This document shows, piece after piece, positions 29,622 through 40,454 of a stretch of 64,000 bases of DNA (position 1 is the stretch's first letter; each line of letters opens with the position of its first letter). This DNA comes from an uncultured delta proteobacterium. Its GTDB lineage: Bacteria; Desulfobacterota; Binatia; Binatales; Binataceae. A model generated the notes under the pieces. It had not been told where the DNA came from. It ran no database searches and worked only from the letters and a program-made list of their open reading frames with translations. The DNA is taken from positions 461,656 through 525,655 of the forward strand of contig CAVXXK010000006.1 of the NCBI GenBank assembly GCA_963765675.1, given 5' to 3'. Made by a program: the position numbers and the translations under genes.

Positions 29622-30455
29622 ATGGCGGCAGCATCAAAGACAGATCATCACCTGGTTGCGGGACGGCTCGAGATTGGAAAATTCTCGCTCTACTACGAGA
29701 CCGCGGGAAGCGGTCCCGCGTTGATCTTTCTGCACGGCCTCGGCGGGAACCATCTGTCGTGGTGGCAGCAGGTGCCGTACTTCATGCGATGGTACACCTG
29801 CGTTACCGTCGATCAGCGCAGCTTCGGGATGTCGCCCGATCCCGAAGGCCTCTTCAACCAGGCGCACGGCTCGGACCTCGCGCGCCTGCTGGACCATCTG
29901 AAACTCGACAAGGCGGTATTGGTCGGGCAATCGATGGGAGGATGGACGATCGTCGGCTGCGCGCTTGAGCATCGCGATCGAATCGCCGGGATGGTGATGG
30001 CGGACACGCCCGGCGGAATCTTCACGCCGGAGATGAGATTTCCGCAGACGCCGCCGCGAGCGCCGTTCGGCACCCCGACCGCGATCGGCAAGCTGCCGAC
30101 CTACGCGGAGGATTTCTTTCTCCGCAATCGCGAGCTCGCGTTCCTGTATGACTCGCTGATGATCCTGGGCGCGCGGCCGCCCGCCGACGCGATGCAGCGG
30201 CTTGGCGCGTCGCGCTATGACCTCGATCGCGCAAAAGCGCAGCTCACGATGCCGGTCCTGTGCGTAGTCGGAGAGGAAGATGCGCTCATTCCGGCCGCGA
30301 TGATCGAGCGGCTTGCGGCGTGGCTGCCCGACGGGCGCTTCGCGAGCGTTCCGCACTGCGGCCATTCGGTCTATTTCGAGCAGGCGGCGGTCTTCAATCA
30401 GCTCGTGCGCGATTTCCTGATCGACATAAAGTACGGGAAATCCGCCGGCGCGTAG
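29622..30455 (+). CDS. Alpha/beta hydrolase
   Basis: FLHGLGG, DQR.FG.S, nucleophile GQSMGG, GEEDALI, GHSVYFE. Confidence 0.92.
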   Translation: MAAASKTDHHLVAGRLEIGKFSLYYETAGSGPALIFLHGLGGNHLSWWQQVPYFMRWYTCVTVDQRSFGMSPDPEGLFNQAHGSDLARLLDHLKLDKAVLVGQSMGGWTIVGCALEHRDRIAGMVMADTPGGIFTPEMRFPQTPPRAPFGTPTAIGKLPTYAEDFFLRNRELAFLYDSLMILGARPPADAMQRLGASRYDLDRAKAQLTMPVLCVVGEEDALIPAAMIERLAAWLPDGRFASVPHCGHSVYFEQAAVFNQLVRDFLIDIKYGKSAGA

Positions 30456-30511
30456 AGTACGAACGGCGGAGACGCCGCTGCACGACGCGCGGACTCGGTG
30501 CACGGACGCTC

Positions 30512-30619
30512 CGGGATTTCTCGCCTATGGCTCGAAATGACGATTGGGGGCTGGGCTGAAGCTAAGAGATTGATTCGCCAAGCGCACATCCGTCATTTCG
30601 ACCGAAGGGAGAAATCCCG
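30512..30619. repeat. Inverted pair of GTCAT-type REP-like elements
   Basis: CGGGATTTCTCGCCTATGGCTCGAAATGACG ... CGTCATTTCGACCGAAGGGAGAAATCCCG. Confidence 0.72.
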
Positions 30620-30758
30620 AGGCGGTCATGCACTCGCACGCGAGTCGCGTAAGGGCCTAGGGTCGAGTCCTCGCGCTTCGCAACACGCGGCAACCACAAC
30701 GGAGAGAGCGATTTCAGCTCAATTGTCGCACACGCCTGTCAGGCATATACTTTAACTG

Positions 30759-31529
30759 ATGCGCCAGGTTGTCTACGCCGCGATTTGTGTCCTGCTGGCG
30801 ATGGCGCTGCCATCGTGTATGCAGCCACCCACCTCGGGCGGGATGGCTGCACCGGTCGGCTCGACCGGATATAGCGCCGCCACTCCGGCGCAAATGATCT
30901 ACACGCCGCATCCCGCACCGCCGCCGCTCAAGAACGCGACCGTTGATCAAACCCAAAGCCAGGCCCTGACCGATTATTTAAAGAACCATCGCCTGCCGCT
31001 TGTTGGAGCGCAGGTGCTGGCCGCTCCGGACGGCGAGCGTCAAGTGATCCTGTTCGGATACGTTGCCAGCGGCTACGGCAAGCAGGACGCCGAGAACAAG
31101 GCGCACGCCTACATGAAAGATACGGCGGTCACCGTCGATAACCGGATCACGATTCAGCCCGAACTCGCCAGCGCGAACGCTCCGCCCGGCAACGCCTCGA
31201 CGCCATCAGGCAGCAGCAACTCGTCCTCGCAGAGCTTCTACGATCCATCGCTCGGCAACGCGCAACAATACCAGCAGCAATCGGCGCAAGATCCGTACTC
31301 GAACTATCAGTCGTACCAGTCGCAGAGTTCCAGTCCGAGTATGATGAGCACGCTCGTTCCGCTGCTTGGGATGTTCGGCGGATCGTTCGGTAGCGGAGGC
31401 ATGAGCGGCGGATCATTCGGCGGCTTCGGCACCGGGTACGGATCATACGGCGGGATGGGCTATCCGACTTACCCGCCAGCGCCCGCACCGGGATGGGGCC
31501 CCGCACCACCCTACCCTCCTTATCCTTAA
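30759..31529 (+). CDS. Lipoprotein with BON-like domain and low-complexity tail
   Basis: Lipobox LPSC, V.L.GYV......KQDAE...VDNRI, Q/S/G/Y/P-rich C-terminus. Confidence 0.7.
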   Translation: MRQVVYAAICVLLAMALPSCMQPPTSGGMAAPVGSTGYSAATPAQMIYTPHPAPPPLKNATVDQTQSQALTDYLKNHRLPLVGAQVLAAPDGERQVILFGYVASGYGKQDAENKAHAYMKDTAVTVDNRITIQPELASANAPPGNASTPSGSSNSSSQSFYDPSLGNAQQYQQQSAQDPYSNYQSYQSQSSSPSMMSTLVPLLGMFGGSFGSGGMSGGSFGGFGTGYGSYGGMGYPTYPPAPAPGWGPAPPYPPYP

Positions 31530-31544
31530 AATCGCGCGACGCGA

Positions 31545-32333
31545 TCACTCGGCGAGCTTGAAGCGCTCGCCCAGAAACACCTGCCGTACCTGATCGCTGG
31601 CGACGATCGCGTCGGGCGGTCCTTCGATCAAAATCTGTCCGCCATGAATCACGTATGCGCGATCGATGATCGACAGCGCCGCGTGAACATTGTGATCCGA
31701 CATCAGGATGCCGATGCCGCGCTCGCGCAGGTACGAAATGATGCGCTGGATCTCGACCACCGTGATCGGATCGATTCCCGCAAACGGCTCGTCCAGGCAC
31801 AGGAACGACGGGTTCAAAACCAGGGCGCGCGTGATTTCGACCTTGCGCCGCTCTCCGCCCGAGAGCACTCCCGCCTTGGTATGGCGCAGGCGCGTGATAT
31901 CAAGCTCATCGAGCAGCGATTGCAGCCGGCTTTCGCGCTCCTCCTGCGTGAGCGGCAGCGTCTCGAGCACCGCGAGCAGGTTCTGCTCGACGGTCAGCTT
32001 GCGAAATACCGAAGGCTCCTGCGGCAGATAGCTGATCCCGCGCCGCGCGCGTTGATAAAGCGGCAGCATCGTAATCTCATCTTCGCCCAGCAGCACGCGG
32101 CCGCGGTCGGGCTTGACGAGTCCAACCAGCATGTAAAAGGTCGTGGTCTTGCCCGCGCCATTAGGCCCAAGCATTCCGACCACTTCGCCCGGGTCGACGT
32201 GCACCGCGACGTTGTCGACCACGGTGCGCGCGCCGTAGATCTTTGTCAGTCCTTCTCCCCGCAGGATTTCCTTCGCGGGCGAGCCGAGCACACCCGCACG
32301 ATCGCGAGGCCGGAGCTGTTCAACTTTTGCCAT
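31545..32333 (-). CDS. lptB: LPS export ABC transporter ATPase
   Basis: GPNGAGKTTTFYM, RARRGISYLPQEPSVFRKLTVE.N, LSGGERR, DEPFAGIDP, DHNV. Confidence 0.93.
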   Translation of the reverse strand: MAKVEQLRPRDRAGVLGSPAKEILRGEGLTKIYGARTVVDNVAVHVDPGEVVGMLGPNGAGKTTTFYMLVGLVKPDRGRVLLGEDEITMLPLYQRARRGISYLPQEPSVFRKLTVEQNLLAVLETLPLTQEERESRLQSLLDELDITRLRHTKAGVLSGGERRKVEITRALVLNPSFLCLDEPFAGIDPITVVEIQRIISYLRERGIGILMSDHNVHAALSIIDRAYVIHGGQILIEGPPDAIVASDQVRQVFLGERFKLAE

Positions 32334-32389
32334 GGGGCTTCACAGCGCATTATACGCCATCCGAAAGTATTATAGGCTTTCTGCCGAAT

Positions 32390-33001
32390 ATGAAACGTCA
32401 CCCGCCGTCGAAACTCCCGCGGGAGTTCTACACCCAACCGGTCCTGACCATCGCGCGCGAGGCAATCGGCAAGGTCCTGGTGCATCGCAGCGCCGACGGC
32501 GAGGCCGCCGGACGTATCGTCGAGACTGAAGCTTATCGCGGACCGCTCGACCTGGCATCGCACAGTTCCAGGGGCCTCACTCGGCGCACGGCCGCGATGT
32601 TCGGCCCCCCGGGCCACGCGTACGTCTATTTGTTGTATGGAGTGAGTTGGGCGATGAACCTGGTGACGGCGCCCGCGGGTACGCCCCATGCGGTACTGAT
32701 TCGCGCGCTCGAACCCGTCCGCGGCCTGGAGCTGATGGCGCGTCGCCGCCGCCGTTCATCCGACTCGCGCGATTTAACCAACGGACCGGGCAAGCTGACC
32801 CACGCGCTTGGAATTACCAGCGCGCAATACGGCTTCGATCTGTGCGGCGACGTGCTCTACCTAGAAGACGACGAGCATCGACGCGGCAGGATCGGGCGCT
32901 CGCGGCGGATCAACGTCGCGTACGCAGGCCGATGGGCGGAGAAGCCGTGGCGTTTCTATGAACGAGGAAACCGGTACGTGTCGGTGCAGCCGCGCGACTA
33001 G
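32390..33001 (+). CDS. mpg: DNA-3-methyladenine glycosylase (AAG/MPG)
   Basis: GRIVETEAY.G..D.ASH, MFGPPGHAYVY..YG, AVLIRALEP, LTNGPGKL, PWRF. Confidence 0.92.
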   Translation: MKRHPPSKLPREFYTQPVLTIAREAIGKVLVHRSADGEAAGRIVETEAYRGPLDLASHSSRGLTRRTAAMFGPPGHAYVYLLYGVSWAMNLVTAPAGTPHAVLIRALEPVRGLELMARRRRRSSDSRDLTNGPGKLTHALGITSAQYGFDLCGDVLYLEDDEHRRGRIGRSRRINVAYAGRWAEKPWRFYERGNRYVSVQPRD

Positions 33002-33936
33002 ACGCTGATCGCATCGCGCGATTCGACTCGTCGTGCGGCACGTGGCATCGCAGGCATGGACGAAAGCTTCCAGCGCGAGAGATCGACACCGATCAGATCC
33101 TCGAGCGCGACTATCTCGGGCCGAAAGCGCTCGCGCACTCGCCGCTCAACTCCCGGATCGAGAACCGGAAACGGTTCGCCGCCACCGAAGGTGAAATCCC
33201 AGAATCCCAATCGATCGAGCAGATCGATCGTCCGGTAGGCGCGATGATTTCGCAAGCTGCTCAGCCAGCGCTGCGCCTTGCGCGCGCGTTTCCGATTGCG
33301 CGCAGGCCGCTCGATCGAATTGATCGCGCGCTTGGCGGGTTGTGAATGCTTCAAACCGATCGGCGCGATTCCGATGAAGCCGCAGATCCGGTCCAGATAA
33401 GCCTGAGGATTGTCGCGCAGCTCGTCGTAAAATGTGATCAGGACCGCCTCGCGCCCGAGGCGCTGAAACCAATTGGTCAGATGAAACGCGTACCTACTCC
33501 CCTCCGCGATATTCTGATGCGCGGTCAGCGATTCCTCAAAGCTCAGCCGCGTGGTCCCGTAATAACGCCGCATCCGGTAGAACGACCACGCACGATCGAC
33601 CGGGTCACGCACCGTGCAGATTATCTTGCATCCCGGAATGTGTTTCGCGATCCGCTCGGGCGCTCGCGTATCAGCGAAGTACGGACAGACTTCACCTGCA
33701 ATGCTTCCGGGACCCGCGCCGCGGAAATGCCACGCATACCAATCGATTCCAAGACCATACCTGGAGCTGAAGAAGGACGTCTCCTTGGTCCCTTGCGGAA
33801 GCACGACTCCAGGCGCGAGTGCATGATGCAACCAGGTGGTCCCGGTGCGAGCCGGCCCGATCCCGATAAATTCCGGCAGCCGACGACCTTGATCGCCGCT
33901 ACCTCGATGCGTGCCGTTTTTCGATTGCGCCGCCAA
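32998..33936 (-). CDS. Sulfotransferase
   Basis: PAPS loop PEFIGIGPARTGTTWL, KET.FF, RDPVDRAWS. Confidence 0.88.
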   Translation of the reverse strand: MAAQSKNGTHRGSGDQGRRLPEFIGIGPARTGTTWLHHALAPGVVLPQGTKETSFFSSRYGLGIDWYAWHFRGAGPGSIAGEVCPYFADTRAPERIAKHIPGCKIICTVRDPVDRAWSFYRMRRYYGTTRLSFEESLTAHQNIAEGSRYAFHLTNWFQRLGREAVLITFYDELRDNPQAYLDRICGFIGIAPIGLKHSQPAKRAINSIERPARNRKRARKAQRWLSSLRNHRAYRTIDLLDRLGFWDFTFGGGEPFPVLDPGVERRVRERFRPEIVALEDLIGVDLSRWKLSSMPAMPRAARRVESRDAISV

Positions 33937-34090
33937 TTATCGCATCCATCAACCAGTAATCTCGGTCTGAAAACCAGATTACGATTTGTTAATGATCGGT
34001 TTCGACGCAACCTTAACATTTTGTAATAAACATGCAAATACCCAGCAATAACGCGAACAAACGGCGAATCTAAGACCAATATAGATGCAA

Positions 34091-35338
34091 TCAGCTCGCC
34101 TGGGACGGCGCTTCGTCTGACGGGCGCACATGGCGGAACTGTCGCAGTAGGAGAAAATCGTAGAGAATTTTGATCGATCCGGCGCAGATAAGCGGCCATC
34201 CAAAGACCGAGTAATCGAGCATCACACCCGCGGGCAGCGGCGAAAATGCCGACGCGAGGCTGCGCGGCACGTTGGTCACTCCTGCGGCCGCCGCACGCTC
34301 TTCGGGTGGCACTACCGCCATCACATACGATTGCCGCGCGGGCACGTCCATCGAAGACAGCAGGGAGCGCAGCAGCAGAAAGACGATTGCCAGTTTGAGA
34401 TTCGGCATCACTCCCGCGAGGATCAGAAAAACATTCGCCGGCAGGTGCGTAAATACCATCGTGTTGATCCGCCCGAAGCGCGCCGCGATCGACGACGATA
34501 AAAATTGGGACAATGCGCCGAGCAATCCGGCAAAGAAAAAAAACGAACCCGCCGCCGCGACCGACATGTCGAAGCGCCGGAAGAGCCACAGCGCGAGCAG
34601 CGATTGGACCGTGAAGCCGCCGCCGAACGAGTCCAGGCTGAACAGCATCGACAGTTTGATCACGATCGATCGCGAGCGCGCCAGCGGTTTCGTCGCCGCT
34701 GGAAGTGGCGCGGTTTCGATTGCCGCACTGAGCGAGGAATAGATTATCGCTGCGATGACCGCGAGCGCCGAATAGACGAAGAATCCGGAGCGTTCCGCAC
34801 CCGCCAGCGTCCATCCCATTCGTGGAGCAATCGCCGAGGGCAACCCGCTCGCGAGGGCGCCGAACGCACCCGCGAATGCGCCGCCGACATTGTATAGCGA
34901 AAACGCCGCGGTCAGATCGGAGCTGACCACCGTCTCCGCCAGCGCGGCCTGCTCGACCGGCAAAAACAGGCTCACGTCGCCGGCCGAGGGATTGAGCGTA
35001 CCGATTAGCGCGACCGCGAAAATCACCCAGAAGCTTCGCGCGTCTGCAAATCCGAGCCCGGTTGCGAACATCAGCGCGGCCGCAGCCAGCAGCACCGGCT
35101 TTCTGCCAATACGATGGCTCGCCAGCCCGACCCACAGCGTTAATGCGGCGGAGCCGAGCAGCGTGCCGAACACGATCGCGCCAACCTGCGCGGCGGAAAA
35201 CTCGAGTGCCAGCAGGTAGCTCGGCAGGAGCACGCTGACCAGTCCGTCGCCGAAGCCGCGTAGCGCGCGCGTCGCCAGAATCCGGCGCGAGTCAGCCGTC
35301 GCGCTCTTGGGAATCCATCGCCCTGACTTTATCGGCAT
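34091..35338 (-). CDS. MFS transporter
   Basis: About 12 TM, LRGFGDG, GDVS.FLP.EQA, DSFGGG, GRINTMVFTHLP, MDVPARQSY. Confidence 0.9.
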   Translation of the reverse strand: MPIKSGRWIPKSATADSRRILATRALRGFGDGLVSVLLPSYLLALEFSAAQVGAIVFGTLLGSAALTLWVGLASHRIGRKPVLLAAAALMFATGLGFADARSFWVIFAVALIGTLNPSAGDVSLFLPVEQAALAETVVSSDLTAAFSLYNVGGAFAGAFGALASGLPSAIAPRMGWTLAGAERSGFFVYSALAVIAAIIYSSLSAAIETAPLPAATKPLARSRSIVIKLSMLFSLDSFGGGFTVQSLLALWLFRRFDMSVAAAGSFFFFAGLLGALSQFLSSSIAARFGRINTMVFTHLPANVFLILAGVMPNLKLAIVFLLLRSLLSSMDVPARQSYVMAVVPPEERAAAAGVTNVPRSLASAFSPLPAGVMLDYSVFGWPLICAGSIKILYDFLLLRQFRHVRPSDEAPSQAS

Positions 35339-35478
35339 CGGTTCGTCTTGATCTTTGCAAGAACCCCGATATCTCGCACGGCGTCGCCAACGGTTCAATG
35401 ACCAACTCCCGCTCGCAGACGTCTTCTTGCCCGGCGCGCAATCCCGTATTTTGTCCCAGAGGAAAAAGCGTGCAGGAC

Positions 35479-36631
35479 ATGAGATTGGCATGGTACGCGC
35501 GCGCGGGGGTCGTCGTCGCGATGCTGCTTGCTTGCTCGCAATGTGCCGGCGTCGCGCCTGCTCCAGCCAGATCGACGGCTCCGTTGATTGCCGGATGCAC
35601 CGTCGTCTTGCGCGCCGGCGCCTCGATCAACGCCGCGCTATCGGTAGCGGCGCCAGGAACGTCGATATGCCTCGATGACGGTTTCTATACTCCCGCGCTA
35701 TTCACCCGCTCGGGCGCTCCAGGAGCGTGGATCACGCTTCGGGCGGTGAATCCCGGCAAAGCGACGATCATCGCTGTGGGAAAATCAGCCCAGGCCGTCA
35801 ATCTGAATGCTCAGAGCTACATCGAGGTCAGAGACCTGGTCGTTGACGGTGGATCATTTGGAATCGTGTCGTCGGGATTCGCGCATCATACCCGCGTCAT
35901 CGGCAACGAGGTTAAGTTCACCGCCGCCAGCGGAATCCAGCTCAACGACGGCGACTACCGTGACATCGAGCACAACCGCGTCCACGATTGCGCCAAAGGA
36001 TGGAGCGGCAGCGGATCGGGCATTTCGATTTATCAACCGAAAGCGTCTGATCATGCGGCGGGCTCGCACAATGTCATCAGCTACAACCTCTCTTACAACA
36101 ACGCCAATCCTCCCGGCGGCACCGACGGCAACGGGATCATCTTTGACGACGGCAATCACACCCAGTCCGACAATCGCGCGTACCGAGGAAACCGCTGATC
36201 GAGGAAAATATCGTCTATGGAAACGGCGGCGGCGGGATCAACGTGTATCAGTCCTCGCACGTGATCGTGCGTAACAACACCGCGTACTGGAATCACGCGG
36301 TGACGACCAACCGAGCGGATGGCGCGGAGAGCTGCAAGACGAGTACTGCTCGGGCCTCGTGTGGGTCAATAATATCGCGTGGGCAAATCTGCGTTTCAAC
36401 TGGCGCAACTCGGCGACGGTGCAGGCCGGAAGCGCGATGGTCTGGAAGAACAATCTCGAATTCAACGGCATCAAGGGCGTCAATCCGAAGCTCGCGAATC
36501 CTCCCATCGACATGACTCCGCTGCCCGGCTCGCCCGCGATCGGCGCCGGCACCAAAGCCTACGGAGTTCCGGAAACCGACTTCTATGGAAAGCCGTGGGG
36601 AGCCACGATCGGAATCGGCGCAGTGAAGTAG
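35479..36631 (+). CDS. Exported right-handed beta-helix protein interrupted by two frameshifts (~36190, ~36311)
   Basis: PbH1 repeats (SGISIY, TDGNGIIFD, LIEENIVYGNGGGGI, IVRNNTAY, WRGEL, GSPAIGAG...D.YG) continue across three frames; pseudogene or assembly error. Confidence 0.7.
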
Positions 36632-36673
36632 ATCACCGCGCCGATTCCCCCGTCGATCGATCTGACAAACTGC

Positions 36674-37699
36674 TTACAGAAAGGCCTCCGCCGCTACCCG
36701 GCACGCGTTGGCATCGCCGCCGATGAGCAGCGTGGTCGCCTTGCTCTTTTTCCACGCCGCGGCGCGCTCGATGATCCGTTCGCGCGGTCCGACGAGCGAG
36801 AGCTCGTCGACCAATGCGTCGGGCACTGCGGCGACCGCCTCCTGACGCTTGCCACCGAGGTACAAGTCCTGAATCTGATGCGCCGCGTCGGCCCATCCCT
36901 GTCTGCTCACATGGTCGGTATAGAAATTTTTGCCCTTCGCGCCCATCCCGCCGACGTAGAGCGCGATTCCCGGCTTGAGCGCGTCGCGCGCCGCCTGCAC
37001 GTCTTTGTTGACGGCGACGTTCAGCGAGACTGCGACGTCGAAGTTCTTCCATCCCTTGCCGTTGCCCGCTTTGCGGAAGCCAGCTTCGAGGTGCGGAACG
37101 AAAGTCTCGAGCCCCTTGGCCGTGGTCCAGACCGGGATAAAGCCGTCGGCGATCTCGGCCGCCGTCTCGACACCTTTGGGTGAGATGGTCGCGGTGTAGA
37201 TCGGAATATCGGTGCGGCCGTGCAGGATCGAGCGCAGCGGCTTGCCGAACCCGGTCGAGCCGGGGCCCTTGTACGGCATCTGATAATACTCGCCCTGGAA
37301 TTCGACCGGCTTCTCGCGCGCGAAGATCTGGCGCAGGATCGCGATATACTCGCGCGTACGCTTGAGCGGCTTGCCGAAGGCAAGCCCGTGCCATCCTTCG
37401 ATCACCTGCGGCCCCGAGGGTCCCAAGCCAACGATTATCCTGCCGTTCGAGAGCTGATCGACCGTCATCGCCTGCATCGCGCACATCGCAGGCGTCCGCG
37501 CCGACATCTGCATGATCGCCGTGCCGAGTTTGATCTTGGTGGTTTGCGCGGCGATCCACGCAAGCGGCGTGATCGCATCGCTGCCCCACGCCTCGGCGGT
37601 CCACACCGAGTCGTAGCCGAGCGCCTCCGCTTCCTTGATTCTTTCGATATCGATTCGGATCTGCGGACCGAATCCTGCCGCCATCGTGCCGAGTTTCAT
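36674..37699 (-). CDS. LLM-class (probably F420-dependent) oxidoreductase
   Basis: GYDSVWTAEAWGSDA, GTAIMQMSARTP, GLGPSGPQVIEGWHG, ALYVGGMG. Confidence 0.9.
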   Translation of the reverse strand: MKLGTMAAGFGPQIRIDIERIKEAEALGYDSVWTAEAWGSDAITPLAWIAAQTTKIKLGTAIMQMSARTPAMCAMQAMTVDQLSNGRIIVGLGPSGPQVIEGWHGLAFGKPLKRTREYIAILRQIFAREKPVEFQGEYYQMPYKGPGSTGFGKPLRSILHGRTDIPIYTATISPKGVETAAEIADGFIPVWTTAKGLETFVPHLEAGFRKAGNGKGWKNFDVAVSLNVAVNKDVQAARDALKPGIALYVGGMGAKGKNFYTDHVSRQGWADAAHQIQDLYLGGKRQEAVAAVPDALVDELSLVGPRERIIERAAAWKKSKATTLLIGGDANACRVAAEAFL

Positions 37700-37720
37700 G
37701 CTCGCTTTCTCCCTCGTCCT

Positions 37721-38905
37721 TTACGCGACTTCGAACAGGCCGGCCGCGCCCATGCCGCCGCCGACGCACATCGTGACTACCACGTTTTTGACTTTGCGCC
37801 GCTTGCCTTCGATCAGCGCATGCGCCGTCATCCGCGATCCGCTCATCCCGTACGGATGCCCGATCGAGACAGCGCCGCCATTGACGTTGAGCAGCTCATT
37901 GGGGATGCCCAATTTGTCGCGGCAATAGATCACCTGGCAGGCGAACGCCTCGTTGAGTTCCCACAGCCCGATATCGTCCATCTTGAGCCCGTTGCGCTCG
38001 AGCAGCTTCGGCACCGCGAACACTGGGCCGATACCCATCTCGTCGGGCTCGCATCCCGCGACTGCCATTCCGCGGTAGATTCCGAGCGGCTTGAGCCCGC
38101 GCTGCTCCGCAAGCTTGCGTTCCATCAGCACGCAGACCGAGGCGCCGTCGGAGAGCTGGCTCGCGTTGCCGGCGGTGATAAATCCTCCCGGACCCTTGAC
38201 CGGAGGCAGCGCGGCGAGGCCCGCCAGCGTAGTGCCCGGACGATTACATTCGTCGCGCTCGAGGGTGACTATCTGGCGCGAGCTCTCGTTGGTCTTCTTG
38301 TCTTCGAATTTCTTGGTCACCGTGGTCGCGATAATCTCGTCGTTGAACTTGCCCGCCTGCTGCGCCGCGAAGGTGCGCTCCTGGCTATGGAAGGAATATT
38401 CGTCCTGCGCCTCGCGCGAGATCTTGTAGCGCTTCGAGACGACCTCGGCGGTATCGATCATCGACATATAGACCGCGGGTGCGTTCTTCAGAACCAGCGG
38501 ATCGCCCGAGCGATAATTGTTCATATGCGAATTTTGCACCAGGCTTATCGACTCGACTCCGCCCGCAACCACGATCTGCATCCCGTCGGCGATGATCTGC
38601 TTGGCGCCCATCGAGATGCTCATGAGTCCCGACGAGCACTGCCGATCGACGCTCTGACCGGCAACGCTGACCGGAAGCCCCGCCGCGATCAGGCACTGGC
38701 GGGCGACGTTGAAACCCTGGGTGCCCTGCTGCAACGCACAGCCCATGATAACGTCGTCGACTTCGCCCGGCTCGATGCGAGCGCGTTTGATTGCCTCGCG
38801 GATAATTGGCGCCGCCATCGAGGGCGACTCGATATCATTGAATGCGCCGCGATACGCCTTGCCGATAGGAGTGCGTGCGGTTGAAACGATTACAGCTTCT
38901 CTCAT
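37721..38905 (-). CDS. Acetyl-CoA C-acyltransferase (thiolase)
   Basis: [42 protein letters not shown]. Confidence 0.95.
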   Translation of the reverse strand: MREAVIVSTARTPIGKAYRGAFNDIESPSMAAPIIREAIKRARIEPGEVDDVIMGCALQQGTQGFNVARQCLIAAGLPVSVAGQSVDRQCSSGLMSISMGAKQIIADGMQIVVAGGVESISLVQNSHMNNYRSGDPLVLKNAPAVYMSMIDTAEVVSKRYKISREAQDEYSFHSQERTFAAQQAGKFNDEIIATTVTKKFEDKKTNESSRQIVTLERDECNRPGTTLAGLAALPPVKGPGGFITAGNASQLSDGASVCVLMERKLAEQRGLKPLGIYRGMAVAGCEPDEMGIGPVFAVPKLLERNGLKMDDIGLWELNEAFACQVIYCRDKLGIPNELLNVNGGAVSIGHPYGMSGSRMTAHALIEGKRRKVKNVVVTMCVGGGMGAAGLFEVA

Positions 38906-39080
38906 TGGAGGGCTCCTGACTTCCCGTGATTCATTTGCCGTCTAAGCGGCGGCGCGCGGGACCATCAATCATAATCTCGCCCCTAGCGGCCTTTGGCAAC
39001 GGTCGCGAAGTCCTTTTGGGCGAGCGCATTATGTTCCGCGATTGACCCCGCCGCCGGACTTCTCCTATGCGTTTATTATT

Positions 39081-39115
39081 CCCTCTCCTTGTCCAAGGAG
39101 AGGGTGAGGGAGAGG
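39081..39115. repeat. CCCTCTCC/GGAGAGGG-type REP, single copy
   Basis: Perfect hairpin CCCTCTCCTT-GTCC-AAGGAGAGGG followed by TGAGGGAGAGG. Confidence 0.7.
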
Positions 39116-39173
39116 TCATCCGCTTTGTCGCAACAACAATGATGAGACCCATTCCGCTGAAGGAGGTCCGTTC

Positions 39174-39629
39174 ATGCCGAAGAAGACCACCACAAAGAAC
39201 AGCGAAGGAAATTTCGAGCCGTTCAATATCAACGATCTTCCATGGGAGCAGTTTCCCGGCTCGGACCGGTTCAAACGGCTCGGCAGATACGGCGGCGCCA
39301 CGCACCTAGGCACCGGCATCGACGAACTCGGGCCGGGTCAATACTCAAATCAATTTCACTACCATCTGATGGAAGAGGAGCACATTTTCATCCTGAAAGG
39401 CTCGGCGACTTTGTACCTCGGCAACAGCTCCTACATTCTAAAGGAAGGCGACTATTGCTGCTTCCCAGCCGGCCAGCGAGCGGGCCATCATCTGTACAAC
39501 CACACCGACGCAGACTGCACCTTCCTTACGATCGGCGAGAGCAAGCAGGACGAAGTTTGTTACTTCCCGAAATCAGGCAAAGTAAGGATCAGATCAACCG
39601 GCGACGTTTTGAAGGCACCGGAGAGCTGA
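39174..39629 (+). CDS. Cupin domain protein
   Basis: FHYH..EEEH.FIL.G and GD...FPAG....HHL.N cupin motifs; AAGGAGG RBS. Confidence 0.88.
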   Translation: MPKKTTTKNSEGNFEPFNINDLPWEQFPGSDRFKRLGRYGGATHLGTGIDELGPGQYSNQFHYHLMEEEHIFILKGSATLYLGNSSYILKEGDYCCFPAGQRAGHHLYNHTDADCTFLTIGESKQDEVCYFPKSGKVRIRSTGDVLKAPES

Positions 39630-39790
39630 ACTCCCAGTAGCAGCGCTTGGGGCCGTGCAAGACTAGTTAGAGACCAACCTAGCTGGATACATTCCGCTGC
39701 CAAGTGACCTGAGGTTTTTGCTTCCCCGTCATTTTGCGCCGCGGTCACTTATTCGCGCGGACATAACCCTACTTCCAATTGTTCCTCGGA

Positions 39791-40450
39791 TCATTCTGCG
39801 GGTTTCTTAAGTCGCCCCGCCTTCATCAGCACTTGCTCGACTTCACTACGCAAGTCATAGAAATCCTCCAGGATTCTCTGAGTATAAAGGTGCGCAGCGT
39901 TGTACTCATCCTCGGTCACTTCCCGCCATTCGTCGTGCAAAACATCATTTCCCAGGACTCGAATGTCTTCGTGGGCTCGTTTTTGGCGCGCGGAGGTGAT
40001 CACCCCGTCCGCCGCCGCCTCATTGATGCGGGCGGCAAGCGTCCCTTTCGTGTAGCCATTCGCGATCAAGGTCTTTTCAAGAACCGAGCGAAGAAGCGCC
40101 GATGCCCCTCTCCACGCACCTATTGAGGAGCTGAGCTCTGCCTCGCGAAAATCCCCACACAAGTCGGGAGGTACGGTAGCTGGCAGAGTCGCGCGATCAA
40201 TTGCCACGGGATAAAAGTCGATTAACATACCATCGATCTGTCTTCCAAGGGGATTGTAAATTGTAGCGAGTCCGCCGCGACCGCAACCTCCGCATCTCAT
40301 CAAGACATAGAATTTTCTCTCGTCCGGGGCATCCTGCACGACGGTACCGTATTCCCCTCGGCTTCCCCTGTACTCGAAGTTGGAGAGCGCCCCGCCGCAT
40401 CCCGGGCAAACGGTTCGAACATTTCCAGCGATATATTTGGCTTCCGTCAT
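39791..40450 (-). CDS. Zn-ribbon plus DUF4145 (HEPN-like) protein
   Basis: CPGC...CGGC, EA......AWRGASALLRSVLEK, L..RI, RVLGNDVLH. Confidence 0.78.
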   Translation of the reverse strand: MTEAKYIAGNVRTVCPGCGGALSNFEYRGSRGEYGTVVQDAPDERKFYVLMRCGGCGRGGLATIYNPLGRQIDGMLIDFYPVAIDRATLPATVPPDLCGDFREAELSSSIGAWRGASALLRSVLEKTLIANGYTKGTLAARINEAAADGVITSARQKRAHEDIRVLGNDVLHDEWREVTEDEYNAAHLYTQRILEDFYDLRSEVEQVLMKAGRLKKPAE

Positions 40451-40454
40451 GCTC